Shown here in pieces: positions 1 to 12,190 of a stretch of 64,000 bases of DNA. A program made the translations under genes and the position numbers. Source of the DNA: Thraustochytrium aureum (Eukaryota); NCBI GenBank assembly GCA_012862495.1, contig BLSG01000391.1:231760-295759 (forward strand), read 5' to 3'. How positions within the stretch are numbered: the stretch's first letter is position 1; every line of letters starts with the position of its first letter. A model generated the notes under the pieces. The model was not told the origin of the DNA. It did no database searches and saw only the letters and a list, made by a program, of their open reading frames with translations.

Positions 1-825
1 GATTCGCTGCAGTCAAGCAAGAGCTCTGCATGGGCTCCTACGCTGTACCTGCTCTCGGCGAGTGCGAGGATGGGTGGAGTACGAGAGGCGGCGCTGCTGT
101 AACAGGAGCGCAGACTACAAAACCAAGGAGGACAAAACTACTCTTCTAGTAGGACGTGGATGTAGCCGCCGCCAGCCAGCGATTGCATGTGGTCGAGGAA
201 TGCCAAGCAAGCGCAATGGGGCGGAGTAAGTGGGCAGCGCACTACTACTACGCAAGTACTGTACTCTACTACACGCGGAGTGCACTGCGCTGTGGTTGGC
301 AAGTGGTGGAGCAGCCCGGTCATCAGGATGGCGATCATGATGACCAGGAGCGGAGTACCCACCTTGCGAGGGGCAAAACGAAGGGAGGAAGGCGCTCGTC
401 GATGATTCGTTTTGCGTTCTACGTTCATTGCGCTAGCAGAGGCTCGTGCTTGCTTTTTTTCACCTGTGAGGCGCTTTTCGCACTTCAAGCACGCTCCGTC
501 CCTCCCAGCAAAGTGGAGGGCCGCCACTCAAGAGATCGTTTTTCTCGGACTCGGAAACGCCACGACCCGGAGCGGAAGGCCTGGAGGGAGCCTGCCCGTG
601 GCGCATGACGGCGGCCTACTCCCATCGGGCGGATCCTCCGATGCCCAACTTGAACTCCGGCTTGTTGAAGAATAACCAACCCGCCCGCCCTCAGGCTGAT
701 CATTTTTTTGTCCTTCGTCACGCAAAGCTGCCACTGCTGTCTCACATGAACAGTGAGCAGGTGCGGCTGGCCTCTCTTGAAGGCTCCGCTCTATGCACGC
801 GCCCTGACGGGAAACGAGCAGCACG

Positions 826-1945
826 TCACACGAACTCGAGACCCTCAAACTTGACGTCTGGCGGGTTGGTGACCAGCATAAAGCCCTCGGCGTCCACATT
901 CGGGTCTGAGGTGTCGAGAAGCATCTGGCCGCTCGAGTCGAAGGCGGCTATCCATGTCGCCGTCTCGTCTCCAACCTCGCGGACCTTGAGAGCGAGGAAG
1001 TGGTCGTCCGTGCCGGGTATCTTGCGGATTGCCGTGAAGCCGCGGTCGGGCTGAAGCGGGCCGACCGTGACCATGCTGATGTCGCGAAAGTGCTCCGAGG
1101 CGATCAGCAAAATGTTGGTGCCCATCTGCTCGTCGGTGAGCGGATCATACGGCGTCTCGAACGAGCGCTTGCGCGGGAGGATGTACCACTTGCGGTTGCG
1201 CGGGCAAAAGTGCACCGCCTCATGCCAAAGGTAGCTTGAAGCGTTGGCGGCCAGCTTGAGCGCGCCGTAGACGCGGCCCCAGTCGATGTTGCGCACTCTG
1301 CCGCGGCCGTCGATCGTCTTGACCCACTCTGCGTCCGGTGAGCACGGTGCCGTCGGGCTCGTTCCACTCCTTGCCGATCGACCCGACCCACAGCACATCG
1401 TCTTTGACCGTGGCCCACTCGATCTTGCACGGCTTGACCTTTTCTCCGTTGCCGTCGGCGATCGCCCAGCGCTGGAACACGCGCGGGTTTTGCCCTGGAG
1501 CTGGATTGACCGTGTCCAGCTTAAAGATGAGACCTGTGTAGTCGCACATGGCCAGCAGTCTGTCCTGGAAGTAGACGAGCTCGCTCAGCTCCATGGACCG
1601 GTTTTTCTTGGCCGTCTCTGACTCGAGGGTCAGCGTCGGGCCCAACTCGACGCGGTACCGTTTGTCGCGCATCGGGACGGCGGCCGACCCCGGAAGCGCT
1701 CCGCTGGTGCTCACGAGTCTGCCCTTGGTCAGGAGAGACCGCCACAGGAAGAGCTCTGGGTCGCGGCTTTTGAGGTCGAGGTCGCTGACCATTGCGAAAT
1801 CGAACGACTTGCCGTCGAAGAGCAGGAGGCCGTCGTCCACGCACTCGGAGGACCGCGCCGCGGCCTCCACGGCCGGGTAGTAGTGCGCTTGGCCGTAGAC
1901 AACCGTCGCGCCAACGGCGACGGCGGCCGTGAGGGCACGCCGCAT
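826..1945 (-). CDS. CANT1: Calcium-activated nucleotidase/apyrase (CANT1 family), one frameshift near 1337
   Basis: ORF 1220..1984 has an N-terminal hydrophobic anchor, SDLD, RSMELSEL and KIEWATVKDDVLWVGSIGKEW. It continues in another frame (826..1398) with EWVK, YLWHEAV, WYILPRK, GFTAIRKIPGT and KFEGLEFV-stop, all apyrase motifs. ATG at 1945. Confidence 0.92.
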
Positions 1946-3124
1946 CGCTGCGCCTCGCCCGCGGTGTTGGCCGTTTGCTTTCAATCAATGATCTTCTCGA
2001 TTGGGTTGGTCAAGAAANNNNNNNNNNNNNNNNNNNNNNNNNNNNNNNNNNNNNNNNNNNNNNNNNNNNNNNNNNNNNNNNNNNNNNNNNNNNNNNNNNN
2101 NNNNNNNNNNNNNNNNNNNNNNNNNNNNNNNNNNNNNNNNNNNNNNNNNNNNNNNNNNNNNNNNNNNNNNNNNNNNNNNNNNNNNNNNNNNNNNNNNNNN
2201 NNNNNNNNNNNNNNNNNNNNNNNNNNNNNNNNNNNNNNNNNNNNNNNNNNNNNNNNNNNNNNNNNNNNNNNNNNNNNNNNNNNNNNNNNNNNNNNNNNNN
2301 NNNNNNNNNNNNNNNNNNNNNNNNNNNNNNNNNNNNNNNNNNNNNNNNNNNNNNNNNNNNNNNNNNNNNNNNNNNNNNNNNNNNNNNNNNNNNNNNNNNN
2401 NNNNNNNNNNNNNNNNNNNNNNNNNNNNNNNNNNNNNNNNNNNNNNNNNNNNNNNNNNNNNNNNNNNNNNNNNNNNNNNNNNNNNNNNNNNNNNNNNNNN
2501 NNNNNNNNNNNNNNNNNNNNNNNNNNNNNNNNNNNNNNNNNNNNNNNNNNNNNNNNNNNNNNNNNNNNNNNNNNNNNNNNNNNNNNNNNNNNNNNNNNNN
2601 NNNNNNNNNNNNNNNNNNNNNNNNNNNNNNNNNNNNNNNNNNNNNNNNNNNNNNNNNNNNNNNNNNNNNNNNNNNNNNNNNNNNNNNNNNNNNNNNNNNN
2701 NNNNNNNNNNNNNNNNNNNNNNNNNNNNNNNNNNNNNNNNNNNNNNNNNNNNNNNNNNNNNNNNNNNNNNNNNNNNNNNNNNNNNNNNNNNNNNNNNNNN
2801 NNNNNNNNNNNNNNNNNNNNNNNNNNNNNNGAGGCCCACTTGCCGAGGAGGCCCACTCGCCGAGGAGGCCGGAGGAACGAAGGCCTTCGAATCAAATAAA
2901 ATAATTTCGCGTGCGCTGTACGTACGCTCATGGAAAAAAAGTTAAATATGCGATGGCCCCCACCCGCGCACACGCCGCTTCCCCCCAGGGAGCAGCGCAA
3001 ATAAATAATGTGTTGTTGATAACCGAGTGCAGGGGCAGGCATGACGTCGCACGCCGCGCAGGGCGAACGGCGGAAAACGTGCGTCGGAGGGAACGGGCCA
3101 AAATCCAGACCTCTTGCAAAGCCC

Positions 3125-4854
3125 TCACTGCGGGGCCACTGAACGGATGTTGGCCAGCGCAAGAGCCCCGGCCAGGTCCGGGTCGACCGGGCCGGACACC
3201 GAGGGGACGTGGTGACGCGCTTGCGCGCCTGCCAGCGAGCTGGGCTTGGAGCTGTCCAGCTTGAATCCGCCCTGCGGGGTTGCCACCAAGTCATGCGGGT
3301 ACACGCTCTGCAGAAGCGGCGAAATACTCGACTGGAAGGCGCCGAGGGACGAGAGAACCCCCGTTGGGCTCGCCCCGAACGGGGCCAGCGTGCTGAGCGG
3401 CGAGCAAGCGGACAGTTGTGCCGCGAGAGTGCGGCGAAGCTGATCGAGCGCGTTGGCCCCAGAGTCGCCATTGTCCTTGAGGTGCTGGCGCTGGCTCTTC
3501 GACCAGCCGCTCAAGGGCGGCAAGGTCTCGTCGTTGTCGTCCGCGCTCTTGGGTCCTGTCGACCTGCTGCCCTCCGGCCTCGTCCTGCTGACGCAGTTGC
3601 TGCTCGCTCTGCTCGGCCAACAGCTGCTGCTGAATGAGCATCTGCAGCCGCTGCTGCTGCGAGATGCTCGGCTCCGACTTGATTTGCTTGCACGAGCGCC
3701 CATCCCCGTCGGAAGACTCGTCGAGCCGGCGCTTGGCGTGCGCGTCCGAATGCTTCTCGCTGCGAGGAGAAGACTTACTGGATCCGGCGTCTGACCCGGC
3801 GTCACTCCCGATGCTGGGTCGGCGCACGCCGTCCAGGCCCCCTTCGTCCCCGTCCGGGATAGGGCAGCGCAAACCGATCTCCTCTACGACGTCTCGCGGC
3901 AGCGCGGTCTCCAGCGCCTTGACCTTGTGCCGCAGGCCGGGCAGCTGCACACGGAGCGACTCGATGTAGATTTTCTTGCGCTGTCTGCAGAGCCGCGCGC
4001 TAGCGGCGTTACGCTCGAGTCGGCGCTTCTTCCGCTCTTCCGAGGAGAGGCGCGAAAGCTTGATGTTCTCCTCGTCTGAGAGGACGGTTGGGGCGGTGCC
4101 GTTCGCGTCCGTGGGCGCGGTGGACATCCCGAACGAGCGCGACTCGACGTAGAACTGCTCGCGCGCTTTCATGTCGCTCACGTGGTTGAGCTTCTCGTGA
4201 TCCTCCATGTCGCTCTCCTTTTTGAACGTAAGCGTGCAGAATCTGCAAGGGATGTCAGGTACGCCGTACCCGTCGACGATCTTTTGCGCTTTCGCTCGCG
4301 CATCGCTGTCCAGGGCGTTCAGCTTGGCCTCGAGTTCCTTGGCACGCTCGTCCAGGGCGGCGACGAGCTTGGTCAGGGTTTCTGCCTCGAGCTTTTTGCG
4401 CTCGCGGCGGAGCCGGGCGGTTGTGCGGTTTCGCGCCAGCCGCTGCTTGACGCGCGTGTCGCGCGGGGCGCCATTGCCCTGGAGCGCGGCATACTCTTGG
4501 ATTGAGCCGACCTGCTGCATCTGCTGCTGCTCTTGTTGTTGCTGCTGCTGTTGTTGTTGTTGTTGTTGCTGCTGCTGCTGCTGCTGCTGGATAGAGCCGA
4601 GTAACTGGCTGAGCGCCGGGAGCGCGGAGCCAAAGGGGTTGACTTGGGCGCTGGTAGATCCAGAGTTGTGTTGCTGCTGCATTTGCATCATTGGGTTGAG
4701 CAGCAATTTCGAGTACAGGCCCGCCGGCCCGGCTCCAGCACTCGAGTTGTTGCTGTTGTTGTTGTTGTTGTTGTTGCTGCTGCTGCTCATTCCGAGTCCG
4801 CTCGCGAGGGACTGAAGCAGGGCCGGGTTTTGCGTCAGCAGATTGGCCATCATT

Positions 4855-4888
<34 letters not shown>

Positions 4889-4894
4889 TGTGGT
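3125..4894 (-). CDS. Gln/Asn-rich transcription factor with two bZIP domains flanking a C2H2 zinc finger; 5' end runs into a gap; probable frameshift at ~3470-3570
   Basis: bZIP1 is RVKQRLARNRTTARLRRERKK plus Leu heptads; the C2H2 finger is CRFCTLTFKKESDMEDHEKLNH; bZIP2 is RRLERNAASARLCRQRKK plus heptads. Poly-Q and poly-N tracts are present. The C-terminus probably continues in ORF 3125..3805. Confidence 0.8.
4520..4890 (-). repeat. CAG/CAA/AAC trinucleotide tracts encoding poly-Gln and poly-Asn
   Basis: (tgc/tgt)n runs on the + strand at ~4520-4590, ~4745-4790 and ~4855-4890. Confidence 0.9.
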
Positions 4895-5433
4895 NNNNNN
4901 NNNNNNNNNNNNNNNNNNNNNNNNNNNNNNNNNNNNNNNNNNNNNNNNNNNNNNNNNNNNNNNNNNNNNNNNNNNNNNNNNNNNNNNNNNNNNNNNNNNN
5001 NNNNNNNNNNNNNNNNNNNNNNNNNNNNNNNNNNNNNNNNNNNNNNNNNNNNNNNNNNNNNNNNNNNNNNNNNNNNNNNNNNNNNNNNNNNNNNNNNNNN
5101 NNNNNNNNNNNNNNNNNNNNNNNNNNNNNNNNNNNNNNNNNNNNNNNNNNNNNNNNNNNNNNNNNNNNNNNNNNNNNNNNNNNNNNNNNNNNNNNNNNNN
5201 NNNNNNNNNNNNNNNNNNNNNNNNNNNNNNNNNNNNNNNNNNNNNNNNNNNNNNNNNNNNNNNNNNNNNNNNNNNNNNNNNNNNNNNNNNNNNNNNNNNN
5301 NNNNNNNNNNNNNNNNNNNNNNNNNNNNNNNNNNNNNNNNNNNNNNNNNNNNNNNNNNNNNNNNNNNNNNNNNNNNNNNNNNNNNNNNNNNNNNNNNNNN
5401 NNNNNNNNNNNNNNNNNNNNNNNNNNNNNNNNN

Positions 5434-5489
5434 AGAGAGACAGAGAGAGACAGAGGGAGACAGAGAGAGACGGAGAGAGACGGAGAGAG
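5434..5489. repeat. Imperfect (AG)n microsatellite at a gap edge
   Basis: agagagacagagagagacagagggagacagagagagacgg... Confidence 0.85.
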
Positions 5490-6399
5490 CGGCTCGTGTC
5501 TCGTGTGCGTCATGAGCTGTCGACACAAACGCGGCTGGAGACGGGCGTGCGTCCCACGAAGGCGCTCCCCAGGCCGAAGCAAACGCCAAATCCGCCTCTC
5601 ACGATCGCCGGCGGCTTTTCAGGTGAGGCGGGCTTTTACTAAGTTTTAGTTGCCCGGTCGCGGAGGTAGTATGCGGCGGGCGAGCGACTTTTATTCGTCC
5701 TTTTTTTCCCTCCCCAACAGGCCAGTCCAGAAACCAATCAGTCACGGCCTTCGCCCACTCCCAAACTGTTTGCAAGGAGGATTTGATTCGAAGCCCGGCC
5801 TGCCTCACAACGCGGGTGCTGGTGTGCGCTTGGATTTGCCCAAAACGCCGCCGCTGGGCGATCCTGGTGCCTGGGGCTGCGCGCAATGGGCCGCACCAAC
5901 TCGGGTGTTCACGCGCAGCGCAGCATGGATCTCCCGCGACCAACTGCCCGAGTGCCCCCTCCCAACCCTCTTTCGGCGCGCTTTGGCCGACTGCGCGCGG
6001 TGCGCGGGGCTCCTTCGGCACTCTCGGGGTCCTGCCGGGCCGCCGCACCCAGAGGGGGTAGCCGCGACTCCCGCGCTCGGGGCAGCCGCCCCGAACGCCG
6101 ATACTCTGCCGCCTCAAGGATCGCGCGTGAGAGTCGAACGCAGATCGCTCGCGAGCAGGGAGAGGAGCCGACGGGCGTGCGGCTTGGGAGGGGCCGAGAG
6201 CGTTTCCTCCGACTCGGAGAGGGCAACTTGTGGCGGTATCTTTTCGGCTTTGGATGTGTTTGTGGGCGATGACGTCGTCGAGCAGTGCGATCCTTTGTCG
6301 ACACTGCGTGACACGCCGGTCCATGCGCCCTTTCCTCCCCAGCGCACTCGCACACACCAAACCGCTCCTCTGCGCTGCTCGGCCGCTACGCTCTGCCGC

Positions 6400-6486
6400 G
6401 CTCTCCCTCCCAAGGCCCCTCCCTCCCTCCCTCTCTCCCTCCCTCCTCTCTCTCTCCCTCCCCGCTGCTCTGTCTCTGTCTCTCTG
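6400..6486. repeat. CT-rich pyrimidine low-complexity tract
   Basis: ccctccctccctctctccctccctcctctctctctccctc... Confidence 0.75.
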
Positions 6487-6720
6487 CGCGTTTTGCGAGG
6501 CAGGAAGCCGTCGGCCTCACAGCTGGCGCTGCTGCCGCGCAGGCGCGCCCTCTCTCACCCACCACCGAACGCGCGCTGGCTACATTGCGATCGGACGCAG
6601 CTTGCCGTTGCGTCCGTTGGGAACATGCTGGTCGCCCTCACTCGCCGCAGGCGCTGGCAGAGCGCCGACTGCCTCACAGACCAGCTCGCGCGGCAAGAGG
6701 CAGAGCGGGGAAATCGCCCG

Positions 6721-6776
6721 CGCTTGCGCCCTTGCGCGCTTGCGCCCTTGCGCGCTTGCGCCCTTGCGCGCTTGCG
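6721..6776. repeat. 16-bp tandem repeat (cgcttgcgcccttgcg) x3.5
   Basis: Three exact copies plus a partial copy, read directly from the sequence. Confidence 0.85.
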
Positions 6777-8280
6777 ACGCCGCTTCCCTCGCGTACCGCG
6801 CGTCATGTCGACCAGGCGGGCTGCCGCATGTCCAGCGACGCAGATGCACCGCCGAGCCCGTTGGCCGCGGCGAGGATGGCTTCCATGCGATCTCCTCACC
6901 GAGTGGGCCCACCGCGTGTTTTGCCGCGGAGGATGCGCGTTTTTCAAGGCGGCGGCCGCGGCGCCTCGTGGTTGCGCTTCGACCTCCCTGAACCAGCAGC
7001 TCCTACACAACCGCCCTCTGGGAAGCAGAGGCATGCGCACGCGCGTGTGTAAAGCAGGCAGAGCGCAATGGGTTCAACGAACCGACCCTCTCTCAAGTCC
7101 AACGGATGAGCCAGCATGGACGGCCAATCGGCGGATTGCAAAATTTTGTAAACTGACCAACGAACGAACGAGCGAGCAGCTCGCCTGGGGCCGTTGACCC
7201 AGCCGAGGTCTGGCCAAGAACGTGCAACCTTCGCGAGCGCCGGAATCTCGAGGCTATTCCAAATCTTACACGCAGGGGCCGAAAGGGACGCGCGCACTGT
7301 CCCAGTATAGAGCGCCGTCGCGTCGCTTGCCTCCAGCTCCCTTGACCCTGGACGGCTCTTTGGCCACTTCCACGTGCTGCTGTGGCCGAGCATGGCCGGC
7401 CAATAACGAAGGCCTTCGGCAAAGAGCCTGCAGCAGCAAACCAGCGAGCTTGCAGTCCCCTGTGGAGATTTTCCTCGCACACTCCGCAATGCGACACAGT
7501 CTGATCATTGCATCCCGAAACGCTGCAGAGGCGTCCGGTTTCCCTTCCGAACCTGGAAACTGCAATGGGAACGAGAAGTCGCCAAGCTCAACAATCTCGT
7601 AGCCGTGCAATACCGCGACGTTCTACGTGTTGACAACTTGGACAGGTAGAGTACCGCCGTGGAGACGTTGAGCCTGAGGACTTTTCGGTCTCCGCCACTG
7701 CCGCTGTTGGCGGCCTCGCAGAGGTGTGATCCGCGAGCGCAGGGTGCTTTTGGTTTGCCCGCATGAGCGATCGGTACACGGTCTGCGCCAGCTTGAGGCG
7801 ATCCCCGTCGAGGTGCTTGTCTGCTCCAGGCAGGCACACATCTTTGAGCAAAGAAGAGGATCTCTTGATTTTGATTGAGTAGACTCTCGTCAGTGACAAG
7901 CCCGCTCACTTTTTGCGAGGTGGTCTTTCCTGGCCGCTCGGGTCGATTTTTCCACGATCTCGCGCGCATTGAGCCGCAGTCGGCTCCGCTCAACCAGGCT
8001 CGCCAGAGCAGGCAAGATGATGCGGTGGTCATAGTAAGCGCCAACGCCACCTTGTGACATCGTGCAGGCCTCGTGCATCCTCGCCAACAACGCGGCCGCT
8101 TCGGCGAGCGCCAGAAGCTTCGCATCCCGGCAACGGAGCAACTCGGTCGAGTCTGACGTGATGATCAGCGGCGCGAGCGTGACCGACAACACTGTACTCG
8201 AGCAAGGGGGGAAACGCGATGTGCAGCGGCCCGCCTCTGAATTCTGAACTGATGCTAGATAGCTAATCTAGAGTATCATG

Positions 8281-9608
8281 CTACACAGTCGGCCCCCGCC
8301 CAGCAGCCACCGGGCCCCACGGGCGCACTGGCGTCATCACACTCGAACCCGAAGCCAGGCCCCGAACGCGGGACCGTGGTCCGCCTCCCGGCTCCTCGGC
8401 ACCCCTGGCCACGCCCGCTGGAGCAAACTTGCGACGTGACAGTGCAATGGACCTCCCTCCTTTGCCGCACGGGCGTTGAGCTGGGAGCTCACTAAGGCTG
8501 GCCAATACTGTTTCCAGGATACTTCGTTGCGCAGGAGACAGCACGGCGTCTGGGCGGCCAAGCACTTGCTGCAGAACGCGCCGTGATCCACTCGTCAGCT
8601 CAAGCGCCTCGTCAAGCCTCTCCTTGAGCTGCTTCGTTTCCTCGAGGAGACTAGCCACCCGACGTCCAGGACCGAGACCTTGATCGTTGCCGACGCCTCC
8701 GCACAGGCCGCCCTTCCGTGGAGCCTCGCCGTCAGCCTCAGCATTGCGGTCGCCTGCATCAGGGACCACATGGACACCGGTCTCGCGCTCCCGCGACTGG
8801 GTCAGCGTCTGGGAAAGGTTCCAATACAAGTTTGCCTTCTTGGCGTGGCCAGCGCGCTCTGCCGAGAGAATCTCGACCTCGCGCCGAAGCGCCTTGCGGT
8901 CAGATTCGAGTCGGTGGACCTTTTGCAGCAACTTCTCGGTCTCTTTGCTTTGGAACTCGAGTTCCACGGCGAGCTGCTCGTTCTCGAGGATTGTCCGCTT
9001 CGTCGTCGTATCGAGCTGGTTTGCGGTCATGTTTAGCAGGTTTTTCTTCGTCTCCTTTATCTTGACCAGCATGTCTTTCTTGAGCCTCTCCTTTTCCTGG
9101 ACCTTCTTCAGTTCCAAGTCGGCCAGCTCGCCTTGGTGCCGATGCCTCTCCTCGCTGAGGCTCTTCTCGAGCGCGCTGATCTGCTCCTCGTATTTGGCTC
9201 TGAGCTTGCCAAACTCTGTGAGCTCCAGCAGGTCGCTGCTCAGTTGATCGACCTTGCGCTGTAGGGTCTGCTCGCGCGTTTTCCCTTGCTCCATCTGGAA
9301 GCGCAACTTTTGCTCAACCGCCTCTAGTTTGCGCTGCCCCTCGACGCGAAGCTTTTCGCGCTCTTGCTCGAGCACCGCGATCGTGTCGAGGTTGCGGTCG
9401 AGCTTTTTGTGCAAGTGGAAAAAGATGTCGGCTTGGTCTACGCGCTGCTGCTCGAGTTTGCTGCTCAGCTCGCGATTTTTCGCCGCGAGCTCATCGCGCG
9501 CCGCTTCCGACTCGCTCAGCTTGTCTTTGAGTTGCGCGATCTCGAGCAGCTGCTGGACCTCGCGAGCTGCGAACTGGCCGCCCAGCAGCCCCTNTGCAGC
9601 CGCTGCCT
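8281..9608 (-). CDS. CFAP157: Coiled-coil cilia/flagella-associated protein, CFAP157-like (5' end in gap)
   Basis: Long coiled coil containing LELKKVQEKERLKKDML...NQLDTTTKRTILENEQL, which resembles the CFAP157 core. The frame is open up to the gap. Confidence 0.65.
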
Positions 9609-10542
9609 TNNNNNNNNNNNNNNNNNNNNNNNNNNNNNNNNNNNNNNNNNNNNNNNNNNNNNNNNNNNNNNNNNNNNNNNNNNNNNNNNNNNNNNNNNNN
9701 NNNNNNNNNNNNNNNNNNNNNNNNNNNNNNNNNNNNNNNNNNNNNNNNNNNNNNNNNNNNNNNNNNNNNNNNNNNNNNNNNNNNNNNNNNNNNNNNNNNN
9801 NNNNNNNNNNNNNNNNNNNNNNNNNNNNNNNNNNNNNNNNNNNNNNNNNNNNNNNNNNNNNNNNNNNNNNNNNNNNNNNNNNNNNNNNNNNNNNNNNNNN
9901 NNNNNNNNNNNNNNNNNNNNNNNNNNNNNNNNNNNNNNNNNNNNNNNNNNNNNNNNNNNNNNNNNNNNNNNNNNNNNNNNNNNNNNNNNNNNNNNNNNNN
10001 NNNNNNNNNNNNNNNNNNNNNNNNNNNNNNNNNNNNNNNNNNNNNNNNNNNNNNNNNNNNNNNNNNNNNNNNNNNNNNNNNNNNNNNNNNNNNNNNNNNN
10101 NNNNNNNNNNNNNNNNNNNNNNNNNNNNNNNNNNNNNNNNNNNNNNNNNNNNNNNNNNNNNNNNNNNNNNNNNNNNNNNNNNNNNNNNNNNNNNNNNNNN
10201 NNNNNNNNNNNNNNNNNNNNNNNNNNNNNNNNNNNNNNNNNNNNNNNNNNNNNNNNNNNNNNNNNNNNNNNNNNNNNNNNNNNNNNNNNNNNNNNNNNNN
10301 NNNNNNNNNNNNNNNNNNNNNNNNNNNNNNNNNNNNNNNNNNNNNNNNNNNNNNNNNNNNNNNNNNNNNNNNNNNNNNNNNNNNNNNNNNNNNNNNNNNN
10401 NNNNNNNNNNNNNNNNNNNNNNNNNNNNNNNNNNNNNNNNNNNNNNNNNNNNNNNNNNNNNNNNNNNNNNNNNNNNNNNNNNNNNNNNNNNNNNNNNNNN
10501 NNNNNNNNNNNNNNNNNNNNNNNNNNNNNNNNNNNNNNNNGA

Positions 10543-12003
10543 GCCAGTGACGCGGAAACCGACGCTGCCTTGGGCGCGGCGGCCAGAACTGGCGCAATCG
10601 CCGCCGAGGTCCCTGACAAAGTTCTAGACGCTGGCTTTATGAATATGGTTGTCGCGGAGGAACTCGGCTCCGGGTCTTTCTCAACCGTCTTTCGTGCGCT
10701 GAAGGTGGAGCGCGGCAAGCCTCGCTCCCAATGGCCCGAGTATGCGCTCAAGAGAATTGACATCCGCCACGTGGCAATCGCGAAACGCGAAGCTGAGGCG
10801 ATGGACCGCGTCAGCCACCCGAACTGCACTCGTCTACTTGCACTCTACGAGAGCGCGGGCTCGATCAACCTCGTCATGGAGTTTGGCCATCTCGGCGATT
10901 TGCACAGCTGCGTTGCCTCCGTTGGCACACTTGACGAGGCCGCGACTCGCTTCGCGGCGGCAGAGATCGCAGCAGCTCTCGACGCCGTCCACGCGAGCGG
11001 TCTGCTTTTCGGAGACCTCAAACCGGAAAACGTTCTCGTTCACGCAAATGGCCACCTCAAGCTCGGCGACTTTGGTGCGACGCGCGAGCTTAGCACCGTC
11101 GCGCAGGGCGACGACCCCCTTGAAGGCACGCTGTGCTATCTCGCTCCGGAGCTCTTCCGTCGGCGCAGCACAAGTGGCGCGGACACGGACGGTGATAGGT
11201 TTCAGCATCCTCAAGCTATCGATTGGTGGGCCTTCGGATGCGTTGTTTTCCTCATGCTCACTGGTCGGCCACCGCTTTGGGCCAGCGAAGAGAGTGAGAT
11301 GGTCGAGTCTTTGGTCTCCTTTGAGGTAGGCGAAGACCGTTTCCCGGAGGGCTTCCCGAAGGCAGCGCGAGATCTAGTGGTGCGTTTGTTGGAGCAAGAT
11401 GCCTCACGGAGACTCGGGTCCTCCGAAGGCGCCGCTGAGCTCGAGCAGCATCTTTTCTTCGCAGAGCTACCGTTCGACTCGTTTGACGACGCCCATGCGC
11501 ACCGAGCGCCAGAGTTCAAGAAAGGTACGGTCAAGCCAACGCCGGGGCCGTGGCAGCAGCGGACCTTTTCCATGATGCTGACGCCACTCCCGCAAGACTA
11601 CAGCGGGACGGAAAGCGAGCAGGCGGACTCGCGAGCGGGGACGATCGTGGAGACGGCTGTGGAGCGAGCGGCGCCGTGGAAGCCAGACGCGCTCTACGCC
11701 TCCAAGCATGGCAGAGAACGTCTGTCTTTGCCAAGCGTTACGGAGGCGAGCGGGGGCTCTCAGGCTCAGACCCACGACGCGCTCAAAGCGCTCGGGCCGA
11801 ATGCCGGCAAGCAAGCACACGCTGCGGCCCGGTTGCCAGCGACTGCGCTCCTTGACCAGGAGCGCCGAGGGCCTGGCCGCCATTTTAACCCAACAACAAC
11901 ACTGTTCGGTCCGAGGGGAGCCCCAGCTCTTGCTCAGGGCGGCGCGCGGCGTGGCGGTCGCGGCGGCGGAGGGTCGGGCGGGCCGAGGCGCATACTCAAT
12001 TAA
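10543..12003 (+). CDS. Ser/Thr protein kinase, AGC group (PDK1-like); 5' end in gap
   Basis: LGSGSFSTV, YALK, FGDLKPEN, LGDFG, EGTLCYLAPE, IDWWAFGC and RRLGSSEGAAELEQHLFF. Confidence 0.9.
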   Translation, partial: ASDAETDAALGAAARTGAIAAEVPDKVLDAGFMNMVVAEELGSGSFSTVFRALKVERGKPRSQWPEYALKRIDIRHVAIAKREAEAMDRVSHPNCTRLLALYESAGSINLVMEFGHLGDLHSCVASVGTLDEAATRFAAAEIAAALDAVHASGLLFGDLKPENVLVHANGHLKLGDFGATRELSTVAQGDDPLEGTLCYLAPELFRRRSTSGADTDGDRFQHPQAIDWWAFGCVVFLMLTGRPPLWASEESEMVESLVSFEVGEDRFPEGFPKAARDLVVRLLEQDASRRLGSSEGAAELEQHLFFAELPFDSFDDAHAHRAPEFKKGTVKPTPGPWQQRTFSMMLTPLPQDYSGTESEQADSRAGTIVETAVERAAPWKPDALYASKHGRERLSLPSVTEASGGSQAQTHDALKALGPNAGKQAHAAARLPATALLDQERRGPGRHFNPTTTLFGPRGAPALAQGGARRGGRGGGGSGGPRRILN

Positions 12004-12190
12004 AGGCCTCGACCTCACAGCTGGCTAGGTGGCAGTCTTGAGCGGCTCCGACCCGTCGCGAGCGAGCCGTCGCGCGCGAGTTGAACAAAATGTTATAAAA
12101 AAGTAGATTTTCATCGGTTGCGTTTGAGTTGCTTGCATTTCGCGCGCGCGTCTTGGCCTCCTGCGTCGTCAACCCGACGAAGAGCAAGCC

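Noticed and set aside
2831..2870. 17-bp direct repeat gaggcccactYgccgag
   Set aside because: Two copies at a gap edge with no supporting context.
1883..2945. ORFs spanning N-gaps (here and at all other gaps)
   Set aside because: Their length is an artefact of X translation.
5650..7197. 515-aa plus-strand ORF
   Set aside because: Non-ATG start, Arg/Pro/Ala-rich, runs through microsatellites and has no motifs; likely a GC-rich chance ORF.
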